Assembly: GCA_965208575.1 (NCBI GenBank)
Contig: CBDBOV010000004.1
Span: 480,001-544,000 of the forward strand
Direction: 5' to 3'
Source: Spirochaetia bacterium
Lineage (GTDB): Bacteria; Spirochaetota; Spirochaetia; SZUA-6; Bin103
DNA: 64,000 bases
Part shown: one piece after another, positions 1 through 10,833 of the stretch
How the letters are laid out: each line of letters starts with the position of its first letter
Position numbering within the stretch: the stretch's first letter is position 1
The notes under the pieces: generated by a model
Seen by the model: only the letters and a program-made list of their open reading frames with translations
What the model was told of the DNA's origin: nothing
Databases searched by the model: none
Made by a program: the position numbers and the translations under genes

Positions 1-1310
1 TCCTGCGACCAGCGCGAGAACATGGCGCCGGCGACCTGCGCCAACGGCATCTGCGGGTGCGTGGTGATCACCGCCACCTGACGACCGTTGGCCAGACGCC
101 GCCGGATCTGGCGCACCACCAGCCCGTTGCGCAGCATGATCGGCTGCTCGGCCAGATCAACCGCAGTCGTGCTGGTGCCGGCGGGACCATGGATCGGTAC
201 CTCGAAGGTGTGGAAGTCTTCCGGCAGCCAGTCCGCGCCGTTGAAGTTCTTGTGCCAGGTGATGCAGGCGATGCCACGCCGGGCCAGGCGCTTGAACAGG
301 TCCGGGCTCCAGCCCTCGCGGTCGAACACCAGGGTCAGCTGCGGGGTACCGGCCGGTGCTCCGGTCAGGTCGGGGGCCGCTTCGGTCACCACCCCCAGGT
401 GCTGCAACTGCGGCACCACGTCGTGCTTGATCGCATTCACCGGCTTCGGGTCCAGCGCCTTGTGCAGGCACAGCAGCGGTGCGCCGCCGAGGGCGTTGAT
501 CCAGTAGCTCACCGACGCCGGCAGACACAGCTTCTGGCGTGCGACGAAGTGTTTCGGCAACCGCCCGTTGCGCCCGGTGTACACCTTCACGTGGCCATCC
601 ACGGCCAGCGTCGTCCAGTCGTCGTCGTGCTCGCTGGCCCAGGTACGCGCCAGTACCGATTGCCAATCGCGCACGGTGTGCTCGGCGCTGGCCAGCAGCC
701 TGATCTTGCGGCGCAGCGTCTTGGTCTCCGGACAGCGGTCGAGGCCGAGGATGGCGCCCCACTCGCCGGGTGCCTGGTAGCGCAGGCTCTCGGGGTTGCG
801 CACCCGGGCCAGGGTCATGCAGGCGACGAACAGGAGGATGGTGGTCAGGCCGTAGAATCCGGCCGGCAGGCGGAACAGGCGGTTGGCGGCGGTGAGCAGG
901 CCCTCGCGCAGCAGCATCGCCAGTGCGGCCAGCACGCCGCCGCCAGCGACCGCGTGGGCGGGCTCGACGAACGCTGGTGTGGCCTCGGTCAGCAGGCCGG
1001 CTCTGGCGAGCGTGCGGCGTTCCACGTCGCGCGCCGCGCGGCCCATGGGCGCGTGCTTGTCGCGGGCGTCGCGGCTGGCGCGCTCAGTGGCGACCGCCGG
1101 GTCGCTGACCGCGGCGGCGGTGCTGACCGGGTGATCAGTGGTGGTGGCCGCCGGCGCAACCTCGGCGCTGGCGGCGGGCTCCCGGGTGGGATCTGTGATG
1201 ACGCCGGCGCGGCGGTTCTCGTTGAAGGTGCTCACCGGGATGCCGAGTTCGCGAGCGCAGGCTGAGCCGCTCATCCCGGAAGCGAGCAGCTTGGCTGCCT
1301 GGTCCGCCAT
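1..1310 (-). CDS. Putative DDE transposase with N-terminal HTH; runs off the left edge of the window
   Basis: Manual minus-strand translation from ATG 1310: MADQAAKLLASGMSGSACARELGIPVSTF...VDGHVKVYTG...LVFDREGWSP...MFSRWSQ. This ORF is absent from the supplied track because it is open-ended. Confidence 0.75.
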   Translation of the reverse strand, partial: MADQAAKLLASGMSGSACARELGIPVSTFNENRRAGVITDPTREPAASAEVAPAATTTDHPVSTAAAVSDPAVATERASRDARDKHAPMGRAARDVERRTLARAGLLTEATPAFVEPAHAVAGGGVLAALAMLLREGLLTAANRLFRLPAGFYGLTTILLFVACMTLARVRNPESLRYQAPGEWGAILGLDRCPETKTLRRKIRLLASAEHTVRDWQSVLARTWASEHDDDWTTLAVDGHVKVYTGRNGRLPKHFVARQKLCLPASVSYWINALGGAPLLCLHKALDPKPVNAIKHDVVPQLQHLGVVTEAAPDLTGAPAGTPQLTLVFDREGWSPDLFKRLARRGIACITWHKNFNGADWLPEDFHTFEVPIHGPAGTSTTAVDLAEQPIMLRNGLVVRQIRRRLANGRQVAVITTHPQMPLAQVAGAMFSRWSQ

Positions 1311-1956
1311 CTCGGCGTCGTCCACGGTGGCCTCCACGGCACCGCGCCGGCTGACTCCGGTCGGGCTACGCCCTCCGTCCGTCAGCGGGGTACAGCATCT
1401 CCTCCGCCCCGTTCGATCCCGACGGCTCCGGTGTCGCAACCTCGTCGCCTACCCCGTCCCGGCGGTGGGGAATTGTCATGACCCTGCCCCGGGCAACGCA
1501 CCTCGGTGCAGTTGTCCGGGGCGCCTCGCTCCGTGCGCTCCGCAGCAACCTGCGCGCCGCTCGCGGCGTGGGCGGCATCACCCGGCTCGGCAAATGACTT
1601 CTGAGCGTCTCTGACGCCCGTATATCCGTGAGCCAGACGGTCGGCGTCAAGAAATGTCGCCTCAGCCGCGCTGTAAGGCCTCTCCGCGACACGAGGTGGT
1701 GTCTGGACATCCCCGTGTCACCAGCACCGAAGTCGCCTCCAGACCCGTCCGCCCCCTCTTCGGTCAGCGACACGACACGGCACCGACCACCTCCCTGCCG
1801 TTGACGCCTCCTCATCCGCGCCGACCAACCAGATACGCCCCCGGTCGCGTTGGTGTGCTTGAATCAACCCGGCCGGTCGCCCAGCAGCCTATCCACTTAT
1901 CCACAATTTATGAGTCTCCCCCCTCGCGCTCCCCCCTCGTTCTCCGCCTCCCTTTC

Positions 1957-2012
1957 GGTTAGATTCTTACGTGAGGCACGCTCACCGTAAGGTTAGATTT
2001 TTACGTGAGGCA
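1957..2012 (+). repeat. Two 22-bp direct repeats GGTTAGATTyTTACGTGAGGCA, probably a mobile-element end
   Basis: Copies at 1957-1978 and 1991-2012 with 1 mismatch. A TTATCCACA (DnaA-box) sits at 1897-1905. Confidence 0.5.
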
Positions 2013-2295
2013 ATAGGTGGGGCGTAGGCGGCGTAGGCGAGGCGACCACGCAACGATGGGATGGTCTGCCCAATGGACAGTCAACGACCCCACGCCTGAT
2101 GAGGAGCGGCCAACATCAGGTCTCGGCTCATATCGGGTATCGGGCCAGATCCACGCAGATTGTCGAACTGGCAAAGGGAGCACCGTGCGCGAGGATCGTC
2201 GCAAGTACTCACGGGCCGCCGGGGAGCCGGGACCCCCTGAGAGATCGGCGCCGTGCGAAAAATGCCTCTAAAGGGCGCGTTCCTTTATGGCTCTC

Positions 2296-2620
2296 TTACG
2301 CCGACCGGGGGGCATCGGCACCCAGGCGGCCGCCACTACCTCGCAGCCGCGGGTCTAACAGGTCGCGCACCGCGTCGCCGAACATGTTCAGGCGGTAGGC
2401 CACGATGGTCAGGCACAGGCCCGGCCAGAGCGCCAGCAGCAATCCGGTGGCACGCCCACAGCCGCAGCAGCGACCCGGCAAGCACCGGTGTCGAGCGACG
2501 CCGCACACCGGGAGCGCCGTGCGCTCTGGCGCGAGGTCAAGAAGAACCGCGCCCTGCTCTACCTGATCACGCCCGGCGTGCTCTACTTCGTCATTTCCAC
2601 TACCTGTCGATCTACGCCAT
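2296..2620. pseudogene. Fused ABC permease fragments: OppC-like C-terminus on minus, sugar-permease-like N-terminus on plus
   Basis: Minus: LALWPGLCLTIVAYRLNMFGDAVRDLLDPRLRG. Plus: RRALWREVKKNRALLYLITPGVLYFVI. Confidence 0.65.
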
Positions 2621-2825
2621 CTCGCTCTCCGCCCGAGCTGCCGGAGCAGGCGCGCCGATTCGGCCGCAGGCGGTTGTACGCGGCGCGCTGCCGGGCACCC
2701 CACGCCGATTCGCCGAGCCTTCCGGGCCCCTCGATCTCCGTGAGCGATACCATGTAGCCGGTTCGCTGTTCGCCGCGTACGCGGGTTCTACCTCATGCTT
2801 CCCCCAGACACGCCATTTCTGAGGG

Positions 2826-4732
2826 GAGCCAATTGCGCTGTCGGTAAGTTCCAAGCGGGCAGCGAGATAGAAGTGGGCGATTTTTTCTTTACCCCGTGAC
2901 CGAGGCAATTGCGCTTGCTGCAAGCCCGATGCAGGCGATCAGAAACCAGGGGGAGGTATTTCTTACCCCACGACCTGCTGATCCCCTGTACGCGCGTCGG
3001 GAGCGCCGGTCAAGGCCCCGATGATACATCGCAACTGTTTGTCTACAAAATAATTGACGGTTCTCCTGTAACTCGCCATAGTGGCAAGTGAACAGTAATT
3101 CACAACAGGAGAACCGCCGATGGCCACTATACCACATCCGTTTCTGTTCCGCTGGGACAGCGTCGACCAGTTGGGTGATCTCGAACGCCTGACGCTGGTG
3201 CTCGACGCGCTCCCCGACGAGCCGCTGATGCAACTGCTGGAAGCCGGTCGCGGTCGCGGTCGCAACGATTATCCGGTGCGCCCGATGTGGAACTCGCTGA
3301 TCGCCGGCTTCGTGTTCCAGCATCCCAGCATCGCCGCCTTGCGGCGCGAGTTGCTGCGCAACGCGCAGTTGCGAGACCTGTGCGGGTTCGACCCGTTCGA
3401 CGGCGCACGGGCGGTGCCCAGCGAATACGCCTATACCCGCTTCCAGCGCCGGCTGCGCAAGCATCAGGGGCAGATCGATGAGCTGTTCCACAGCACCCTC
3501 GACGAACTCCGGATTGAGCTGCCGGACCTGGGCCAGGTACAGGCGCTGGACGGCAAGGAGCTGCACTCCCTGGCCAACGGTCCGAGCAGCTATCCGGTGC
3601 CGAAGGATAACAAGGAAGACACCGACGGGCGCCGCGACCGCGATGCCGATTGGGGCGTCAAGGGTTCCGGCGAGAAGAAGGGCGAGAAGGGCGAGAAGAA
3701 AGGCAAGAAGAAACACTACTGGTTCGGCTACCTGTTGCACTTGGTCGTGGACGCCACCTACGAGGTGCCGCTGGCGTTCGAGGTCACCAAGGCGTCGACC
3801 GGTGAGCAGCCGCAGGCACAGCGACTGCTTGATCAGATGCAGGATCGTCATCCCGAGCTGCTGCAACGGTGCGATCGCCTGAGCGCCGACAAGGGCTACG
3901 ACGACCAAAAGCTGATCAATCGGCTGTGGCAACAGCATCAGATCAAGCCGGTCATCGACATTCGAAACTGCTGGAAGGACGGAGAGGCGGAGCAGGATGG
4001 CGTCCTCACCAAGCGGGTGAGCGGTCAGGAGAACGTGATCTATACCCACGACGGCCAGGTATCCTGCATGTGCCCGCGGACCGGTGAACTGCACCGCATG
4101 GCCTACGGCGGCTTCGAGCAGGCTCGCGAGTCGCTCAAGTATCGCTGTCCGGCGCGCTACTCGGGGGTCACCTGCAAGGGCATGGATCGGTGCCCGGTGA
4201 GCGACGCGGTGCGCATCCCGCTGGCCGAGGATCGGCGCGTGTTCACGCCGGTGGCGCGGTCCAGCTACCGGTGGCAGGACTTCTACGACCAGCGCGGTGC
4301 CGTGGAGCGGGTCAACAGCCGGTTGGCCGGCGGCTTCGGGTTCGAGCGACCGGGCATCCGCGGGCTGGCGAAGATGCAGCTGCGCGTCACCATGGCGCTG
4401 ACGATCATGCTGGCGATGGCCGTGGGGCGCATCCGCGCCGGCCAACCAGAGAACCTGCGGAGTCTGGTCAAACCCGCCTGACCGACGGCCACTCGCCGGT
4501 CACCAAGAAACCCAATCCCACCGGCTCCTCAGCGAGACCGGTCTGTCCCGATCTGTGCATTGAGCCACGGATGAGGCTTGATCCCACCTCGCGGACCCCA
4601 CTCAGCACACTCGATAGAGCCGTCATTCGGCGCCGGGCGAGCGTCAGCGACGCCGTCAACGTCCCGGGCGCGTGCTCTCTGGTGTGACCGGCTGCTCAAC
4701 GGCCCAAAAAACCGCTACAGCGCAATTGGCTC
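2826..4732 (+). mobile_element. IS1182/IS5-like insertion sequence, copy 1 (1907 bp)
   Basis: 16-bp terminal IR GAGCCAATTGCGCTGT / ACAGCGCAATTGGCTC; 5-bp direct repeat GAGGG at 2821-2825 and 4733-4737. Confidence 0.9.
3120..4481 (+). CDS. DDE transposase (DUF772 + DDE_Tnp_1-like)
   Basis: Motifs ALDGK, YWFGYLLHLVVDA, ADKGYDD, RGAVERVNSRL; lies inside terminal IRs. Confidence 0.9.
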   Translation: MATIPHPFLFRWDSVDQLGDLERLTLVLDALPDEPLMQLLEAGRGRGRNDYPVRPMWNSLIAGFVFQHPSIAALRRELLRNAQLRDLCGFDPFDGARAVPSEYAYTRFQRRLRKHQGQIDELFHSTLDELRIELPDLGQVQALDGKELHSLANGPSSYPVPKDNKEDTDGRRDRDADWGVKGSGEKKGEKGEKKGKKKHYWFGYLLHLVVDATYEVPLAFEVTKASTGEQPQAQRLLDQMQDRHPELLQRCDRLSADKGYDDQKLINRLWQQHQIKPVIDIRNCWKDGEAEQDGVLTKRVSGQENVIYTHDGQVSCMCPRTGELHRMAYGGFEQARESLKYRCPARYSGVTCKGMDRCPVSDAVRIPLAEDRRVFTPVARSSYRWQDFYDQRGAVERVNSRLAGGFGFERPGIRGLAKMQLRVTMALTIMLAMAVGRIRAGQPENLRSLVKPA

Positions 4733-4737
4733 GAGGG

Positions 4738-6644
4738 GAGCCAATTGCGCTGTCGGTAAGTTCCAAGCGGGCAGCGAGATAGAAGTGGGCGATTTTTTCT
4801 TTACCCCGTGACCGAGGCAATTGCGCTTGCTGCAAGCCCGATGCAGGCGATCAGAAACCAGGGGGAGGTATTTCTTACCCCACGACCTGCTGATCCCCTG
4901 TACGCGCGTCGGGAGCGCCGGTCAAGGCCCCGATGATACATCGCAACTGTTTGTCTACAAAATAATTGACGGTTCTCCTGTAACTCGCCATAGTGGCAAG
5001 TGAACAGTAATTCACAACAGGAGAACCGCCGATGGCCACTATACCACATCCGTTTCTGTTCCGCTGGGACAGCGTCGACCAGTTGGGTGATCTCGAACGC
5101 CTGACGCTGGTGCTCGACGCGCTCCCCGACGAGCCGCTGATGCAACTGCTGGAAGCCGGTCGCGGTCGCGGTCGCAACGATTATCCGGTGCGCCCGATGT
5201 GGAACTCGCTGATCGCCGGCTTCGTGTTCCAGCATCCCAGCATCGCCGCCTTGCGGCGCGAGTTGCTGCGCAACGCGCAGTTGCGAGACCTGTGCGGGTT
5301 CGACCCGTTCGACGGCGCACGGGCGGTGCCCAGCGAATACGCCTATACCCGCTTCCAGCGCCGGCTGCGCAAGCATCAGGGGCAGATCGATGAGCTGTTC
5401 CACAGCACCCTCGACGAACTCCGGATTGAGCTGCCGGACCTGGGCCAGGTACAGGCGCTGGACGGCAAGGAGCTGCACTCCCTGGCCAACGGTCCGAGCA
5501 GCTATCCGGTGCCGAAGGATAACAAGGAAGACACCGACGGGCGCCGCGACCGCGATGCCGATTGGGGCGTCAAGGGTTCCGGCGAGAAGAAGGGCGAGAA
5601 GGGCGAGAAGAAAGGCAAGAAGAAACACTACTGGTTCGGCTACCTGTTGCACTTGGTCGTGGACGCCACCTACGAGGTGCCGCTGGCGTTCGAGGTCACC
5701 AAGGCGTCGACCGGTGAGCAGCCGCAGGCACAGCGACTGCTTGATCAGATGCAGGATCGTCATCCCGAGCTGCTGCAACGGTGCGATCGCCTGAGCGCCG
5801 ACAAGGGCTACGACGACCAAAAGCTGATCAATCGGCTGTGGCAACAGCATCAGATCAAGCCGGTCATCGACATTCGAAACTGCTGGAAGGACGGAGAGGC
5901 GGAGCAGGATGGCGTCCTCACCAAGCGGGTGAGCGGTCAGGAGAACGTGATCTATACCCACGACGGCCAGGTATCCTGCATGTGCCCGCGGACCGGTGAA
6001 CTGCACCGCATGGCCTACGGCGGCTTCGAGCAGGCTCGCGAGTCGCTCAAGTATCGCTGTCCGGCGCGCTACTCGGGGGTCACCTGCAAGGGCATGGATC
6101 GGTGCCCGGTGAGCGACGCGGTGCGCATCCCGCTGGCCGAGGATCGGCGCGTGTTCACGCCGGTGGCGCGGTCCAGCTACCGGTGGCAGGACTTCTACGA
6201 CCAGCGCGGTGCCGTGGAGCGGGTCAACAGCCGGTTGGCCGGCGGCTTCGGGTTCGAGCGACCGGGCATCCGCGGGCTGGCGAAGATGCAGCTGCGCGTC
6301 ACCATGGCGCTGACGATCATGCTGGCGATGGCCGTGGGGCGCATCCGCGCCGGCCAACCAGAGAACCTGCGGAGTCTGGTCAAACCCGCCTGACCGACGG
6401 CCACTCGCCGGTCACCAAGAAACCCAATCCCACCGGCTCCTCAGCGAGACCGGTCTGTCCCGATCTGTGCATTGAGCCACGGATGAGGCTTGATCCCACC
6501 TCGCGGACCCCACTCAGCACACTCGATAGAGCCGTCATTCGGCGCCGGGCGAGCGTCAGCGACGCCGTCAACGTCCCGGGCGCGTGCTCTCTGGTGTGAC
6601 CGGCTGCTCAACGGCCCAAAAAACCGCTACAGCGCAATTGGCTC
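4738..6644 (+). mobile_element. IS1182/IS5-like insertion sequence, copy 2 (apparently identical tandem copy)
   Basis: Same IRs; third GAGGG at 6645-6649; 1912-bp period. Confidence 0.9.
5032..6393 (+). CDS. DDE transposase, identical to 3120-4481
   Basis: Identical 453-aa translation. Confidence 0.9.
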   Translation: MATIPHPFLFRWDSVDQLGDLERLTLVLDALPDEPLMQLLEAGRGRGRNDYPVRPMWNSLIAGFVFQHPSIAALRRELLRNAQLRDLCGFDPFDGARAVPSEYAYTRFQRRLRKHQGQIDELFHSTLDELRIELPDLGQVQALDGKELHSLANGPSSYPVPKDNKEDTDGRRDRDADWGVKGSGEKKGEKGEKKGKKKHYWFGYLLHLVVDATYEVPLAFEVTKASTGEQPQAQRLLDQMQDRHPELLQRCDRLSADKGYDDQKLINRLWQQHQIKPVIDIRNCWKDGEAEQDGVLTKRVSGQENVIYTHDGQVSCMCPRTGELHRMAYGGFEQARESLKYRCPARYSGVTCKGMDRCPVSDAVRIPLAEDRRVFTPVARSSYRWQDFYDQRGAVERVNSRLAGGFGFERPGIRGLAKMQLRVTMALTIMLAMAVGRIRAGQPENLRSLVKPA

Positions 6645-6918
6645 GAGGGGGTGATCGGTTGACAATGTCGCACCTTGCGTGCCACCCTTGTAGACGCGGT
6701 TCACGCTATCCTCTATGAGTGCCCCTCCTGAACACCAGCACGCTGGCGCTGTCGGGGCATGGAGCAGGCGATCCGGCACTACAAGGCGCCCGGTATACGC
6801 GACTATGGGATCAGAATTGGCATGAGTCAGCACAGTCACTCCGTGACACCCAAGACCATGAAAGCGAACGAAGGCATCGCCAGCCGGCCAGCTTTTTCGG
6901 ACCAGGACCTAGCTAAGC

Positions 6919-7155
6919 ATGGGTGAGCCAGAAGAGAGATTCCGCACATATCCAGGGTATCGCTGGGTCGTCTCCCATCCTGATTTGTTGGGTGGCAGAC
7001 CGACGGTGCGAGGGACGCGGATATCCGTATCGCATGTCTTGGAATGCCTTTCCATCGGGATGACGGCACAAGAGATTGCCGATGATTTTCCTGGTTTCCC
7101 TGCAGAGAGTGTGCCTGAGGTGCTGAGATTCGCTTCAGCCCATGTGGCTGCTTGA
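6919..7155 (+). CDS. DUF433 family antitoxin (VapB45-like)
   Basis: HPDLLGGRPTVRGTRISV...GMTAQEIADDFP; overlaps the PIN gene. Confidence 0.85.
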   Translation: MGEPEERFRTYPGYRWVVSHPDLLGGRPTVRGTRISVSHVLECLSIGMTAQEIADDFPGFPAESVPEVLRFASAHVAA

Positions 7156-7480
7156 CCACAATCTTCCGAAGCAACTGGTCGGTTCACTGAAGTTCCTCGG
7201 AATCGACTGTGATACGACCGCACATCGGGGTTGGAACGATCTGGATAATGGTGCGCTCGTGGCTGTCGCGAGTCGTGCTGAATTCACCTGTATCCTGACC
7301 AGAGATGTGCTGTTTGCTGAGTCTGCATCGAAGGCCATGGATCGGTTTCCTCAGATGGCTATCGTATTGATTACGATACCTCAGACCAGAGGACAGGAAT
7401 ATGCAGCGCAATTCCTCAAGCACTGGAGACGCTCTCCCATTTCGCCAGAACCACACGGGATGATTCGTTGGCCATCGTAG
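7142..7480 (+). CDS. DUF5615 PIN-like toxin (VapC45-like)
   Basis: LLDHNLP...GWNDLDNG...ILTRD PIN motifs. Confidence 0.85.
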   Translation: MWLLDHNLPKQLVGSLKFLGIDCDTTAHRGWNDLDNGALVAVASRAEFTCILTRDVLFAESASKAMDRFPQMAIVLITIPQTRGQEYAAQFLKHWRRSPISPEPHGMIRWPS

Positions 7481-7714
7481 ATCAGGCGGCCCAGCAGATG
7501 TTAGCTTAGCGCACAACGGGCTACTACCCTGGCTCCCGCGTGCCGTCGCGTGCCGTGCTGTGGCAGGTCGGGCTTCCGCGGCCACCACTGCGAGCCACAT
7601 GCCGCCGAGCCAACGCGTTGACAGCAGCGCCGCGCTCGTGCCAGCTTATCTCACGTCAGCCCACGCGCGCTGACGACTACCTGCGCTTCACCGCGAGTGC
7701 ACAAAGGAGCAGAC

Positions 7715-9700
7715 ATGAAGCCGATTTCCCTGATCGTGGGTGTGTTGACCTGCCTTGCCGCGCCGCTTGCCGTTGCCGGGGGCGACGGAGATACCGACGA
7801 CGGCGCCGCCACGGGCGCGGCGTCGGACACGCGCTACAAGGAGGCGCCGATGCTGGCCGCGCTGGTGGCCGCGGGCGAACTGCCGCCGGTCGACGAGAGA
7901 CTCCCGGAGGTTCCGGCACTGTTCGAGCCGCTGGAGGCGGTCGGGAAGTATGGCGGTACACTGAATTCCTTCTCCATGGACGCCAATCCCTGGCACGACC
8001 TGGGCGACGAACCGGAGCGTGGCGGGTACCTGGGCAACTTCGCCGCCGACAACCAGACCGTGGTCGGCAATCTGGCTCAAACCGTGGAATACAGCGACGA
8101 CCGGACAACCATCACCGTGGGGCTGCGGCGTGGCGCCAAGTGGTCCGACGGAGCGCCGTTTACTGCCGACGACATCCTGTTCATGTTTCACGACATGCAC
8201 TGGAACGAAGGGGTCACCACCTGGGGTGGCTCGGCATTCGTCAAGGATGTGCGCAAATTGGACGACTTCACCGTCGTCTACGAGGCCGATCTGGAAAGCC
8301 CTTCACCGATCATGTACTACCAGATGGGGCAGTGGTTTACCAGCGACTGGCAGGGCTACCATCCGAAGCATTACCTGGAGCAATACCACATCGAGTACAA
8401 TCCGGATGCCGACACGCTGGCCAAGGAGCAGGGCTTCGAAGACTGGACCAAACTGCTGCACAGCCACTACTGGTGGAGTCCGATGAACGACGTCGAAAAG
8501 CCGACCATGCAGCCGTGGATGTTCACCCAGATCGATACCACGGTCAAGGTGTTCGAACGCAACCCGTATTACTGGAAGGTCGACGCCGAGGGACAGCAGC
8601 TTCCGTACGTCGACCGGATCCTCAACACGATCATCGACTCGGAGTTGTACGACGTCAAGATCGTCACCGGCGAGGCGGATTTCGCCTGGATGAACACGTC
8701 GTTCGAAAACATCACCCTGTACAAGGAGAGCGAACAAGAGGGCGACTACCGGGTCGTACTGCTACCCGGCTTTCACGGATCGGAAGCGATCTTCGGTATC
8801 AACCTGAACCACTCCGATCCGGTGGAGCGGGAGATCAACAACGACATCAGGTTCCGGCAGGCGCTGTCTCTCGCCATCAACCGCGACGAGATCAACGAAG
8901 TGGTGTACTCCGGGCAGGCTGTGCCGCGGCAGGCGACCATATTGCCGTCGGTCAGCTACTTCAAGCCGGAATGGGCGGAGTCATTCGCCGAGTACGATCC
9001 GGACCGCGCGAATGCTCTGCTCGACGAGATGGGTCTGACCGAGCGCGACAGGAACGGCATCCGCCTGCGTCCGGATGGCAAGCCGGTACACCTGGTCATA
9101 GAGACCGCCGTGAGCGTCGGCGCCACCATATCGAGCAAGCTGTTCGAATTGGTGCAGGAGTACTGGAAGGCGTTGGGTTTCGAAGTCACGATCAAGTTTC
9201 AGGAAGCAGCCTTGTGGACCCAGCGGCGCGACTCGCCCGAACATGGTGTCATGGTGGCTCCGCTGTACTTCTCCACCGAGGTTTTCGCCTACACGGAACC
9301 GTACTACAACGTGAGTCGGCGCCAGAAGGATGTTTCCTGGGGCGTCGAGTGGCGCCGGTGGTTGACCGCGCACTACGCCATCGAAGCGGGCACGGCCACG
9401 CTGGACGATTACGAGGGCGGCAAGATGCCCGGTGAGGAGCCCCCCGACTGGGTAATGGACCTGGAGAATTGGGACCGGGAGTCTCAGAAGCATCTGCTCG
9501 GGTCACCGGAGTACAACTCGTTGCGCCAGAAGGTACACGATTGGCACGCCAGGAACCTGGTGGTCATCGGCACCGTCGGGATGGTCCCCGTTCCGCTGAT
9601 CGCCAAGAACAGCCTCGGCAACGTGCCGACCGAGTTCCTGCCCTGGATGGGCTGGCGCGGTGATCTGAACTACTTCGCCGAGGGGTTGTACTTCAAGTAG
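7715..9700 (+). CDS. ABC transporter substrate-binding protein, family 5
   Basis: Signal peptide; EAPMLAALVAAGELPPVDERLP, KWSDGAPFTADD, RNPYYWKVD..LPYVD; RBS AAGGAG; TTGACA at 7618. Confidence 0.92.
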   Translation: MKPISLIVGVLTCLAAPLAVAGGDGDTDDGAATGAASDTRYKEAPMLAALVAAGELPPVDERLPEVPALFEPLEAVGKYGGTLNSFSMDANPWHDLGDEPERGGYLGNFAADNQTVVGNLAQTVEYSDDRTTITVGLRRGAKWSDGAPFTADDILFMFHDMHWNEGVTTWGGSAFVKDVRKLDDFTVVYEADLESPSPIMYYQMGQWFTSDWQGYHPKHYLEQYHIEYNPDADTLAKEQGFEDWTKLLHSHYWWSPMNDVEKPTMQPWMFTQIDTTVKVFERNPYYWKVDAEGQQLPYVDRILNTIIDSELYDVKIVTGEADFAWMNTSFENITLYKESEQEGDYRVVLLPGFHGSEAIFGINLNHSDPVEREINNDIRFRQALSLAINRDEINEVVYSGQAVPRQATILPSVSYFKPEWAESFAEYDPDRANALLDEMGLTERDRNGIRLRPDGKPVHLVIETAVSVGATISSKLFELVQEYWKALGFEVTIKFQEAALWTQRRDSPEHGVMVAPLYFSTEVFAYTEPYYNVSRRQKDVSWGVEWRRWLTAHYAIEAGTATLDDYEGGKMPGEEPPDWVMDLENWDRESQKHLLGSPEYNSLRQKVHDWHARNLVVIGTVGMVPVPLIAKNSLGNVPTEFLPWMGWRGDLNYFAEGLYFK

Positions 9701-9828
9701 AAGGCTTCACGTAGAGCGCACAGCACTTCAAGTAGAAGCGCAAGCGCAAAGGAAGTCTTCCTGAGAGTGCGAGCTGCGGGCACCGTTCCGGGGTCTGCGG
9801 CTCGCGTCTTTTGGCAGGCAGAGGAACC

Positions 9829-10833
9829 ATGCTGAGTTACATCATTCGTCGCATCATCTACATGATCGTCGTGCTCCTGGTCCTGTCCGTGGTGTCGTTC
9901 TTCATCATCCAGCTTCCTCCGGGTGACTTCCTGACCGCGTTCATCGAGAACATGCGCGCCCAGGGGACGGTGGTGGGCGAAGAACAGATCCTGTTGCTCA
10001 AGACGTACTACGGACTCGATCGGCCGATGTACCTGCAATACCTCAGGTGGCTCGGCAACCTGCTGCAGGGCGACCTGGGGCAATCGTTCCAGTGGAACCA
10101 GCCGGTCACCGAGCTGATCAAGGAGCGCTTGGCGCTCACCGTGACCATCTCCCTGATCTCGCTCGTCCTGACCTATCTGATTGCGATCCCGATCGGCATC
10201 TACTCGGCCACCCACCAATACTCGTTCGGCGACTACGCGTTCACGGTGTTCGGCTTCATGGGGCTGGCAACGCCCAATTTCCTGCTCGCGCTGGTGCTCA
10301 TGTTCCTGCTGTACAAGTACGCCGGGTGGAGCGTCGGCGGGCTGTTCTCGCCGGAGTACGTGGTCGCACCCTGGAGCCTGGGGAAGGTGGTGGATCTGCT
10401 CAAACATCTGCCGATTCCGCTGGTGGTCATCAGCACGGCCGGCACCGCCTGGACGATCCGGGTGATGCGCGGCTGTCTGCTCGACGAGCTGAAGAAACAG
10501 TACGTTATTACCGCCCGCTCCAAGGGCCTTACTGAGCGTTCCCTGCTGATGAAATACCCGATCCGGATCGCCATCAACCCGGTGATCAGCACCATCGGCG
10601 GGTTGCTGCCGACCATCATTTCGGGAGCCACCCTGACCTCGATCGTGATCAGCCTGCCCACCATCGGACCGCTGCTGCTGCGCGCGTTGCGGGCCCAGGA
10701 CATGTTCCTTGCCGGCAGCATGCTGATGCTGCTCAGCGCCCTCGGCATCATCGGCAATCTGATCTCCGACATGCTGCTGGTGGCGATCGACCCCCGCATC
10801 AGGTTCGAGAACCAGGCACAGGTGCGTTCATGA
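9829..10833 (+). CDS. ABC peptide/nickel permease (OppB/DppB-like)
   Basis: TM helices; YVITARSKGL EAA loop; ends IDPRIR. Confidence 0.92.
   Translation: MLSYIIRRIIYMIVVLLVLSVVSFFIIQLPPGDFLTAFIENMRAQGTVVGEEQILLLKTYYGLDRPMYLQYLRWLGNLLQGDLGQSFQWNQPVTELIKERLALTVTISLISLVLTYLIAIPIGIYSATHQYSFGDYAFTVFGFMGLATPNFLLALVLMFLLYKYAGWSVGGLFSPEYVVAPWSLGKVVDLLKHLPIPLVVISTAGTAWTIRVMRGCLLDELKKQYVITARSKGLTERSLLMKYPIRIAINPVISTIGGLLPTIISGATLTSIVISLPTIGPLLLRALRAQDMFLAGSMLMLLSALGIIGNLISDMLLVAIDPRIRFENQAQVRS

Noticed and set aside
57-1265. Long ORFs antisense to or overlapping real genes (e.g. 57-1265+, 2889-4445-, 7540-9435+, 10233-11444-, 35122-36324-, 59145-60320-)
   Set aside because: Shadow frames of GC-rich genes with no recognisable motifs.
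9687-9740. Short duplication ACTTCAAGTAGAAG after the first SBP stop
   Set aside because: A local duplication with no evident function.
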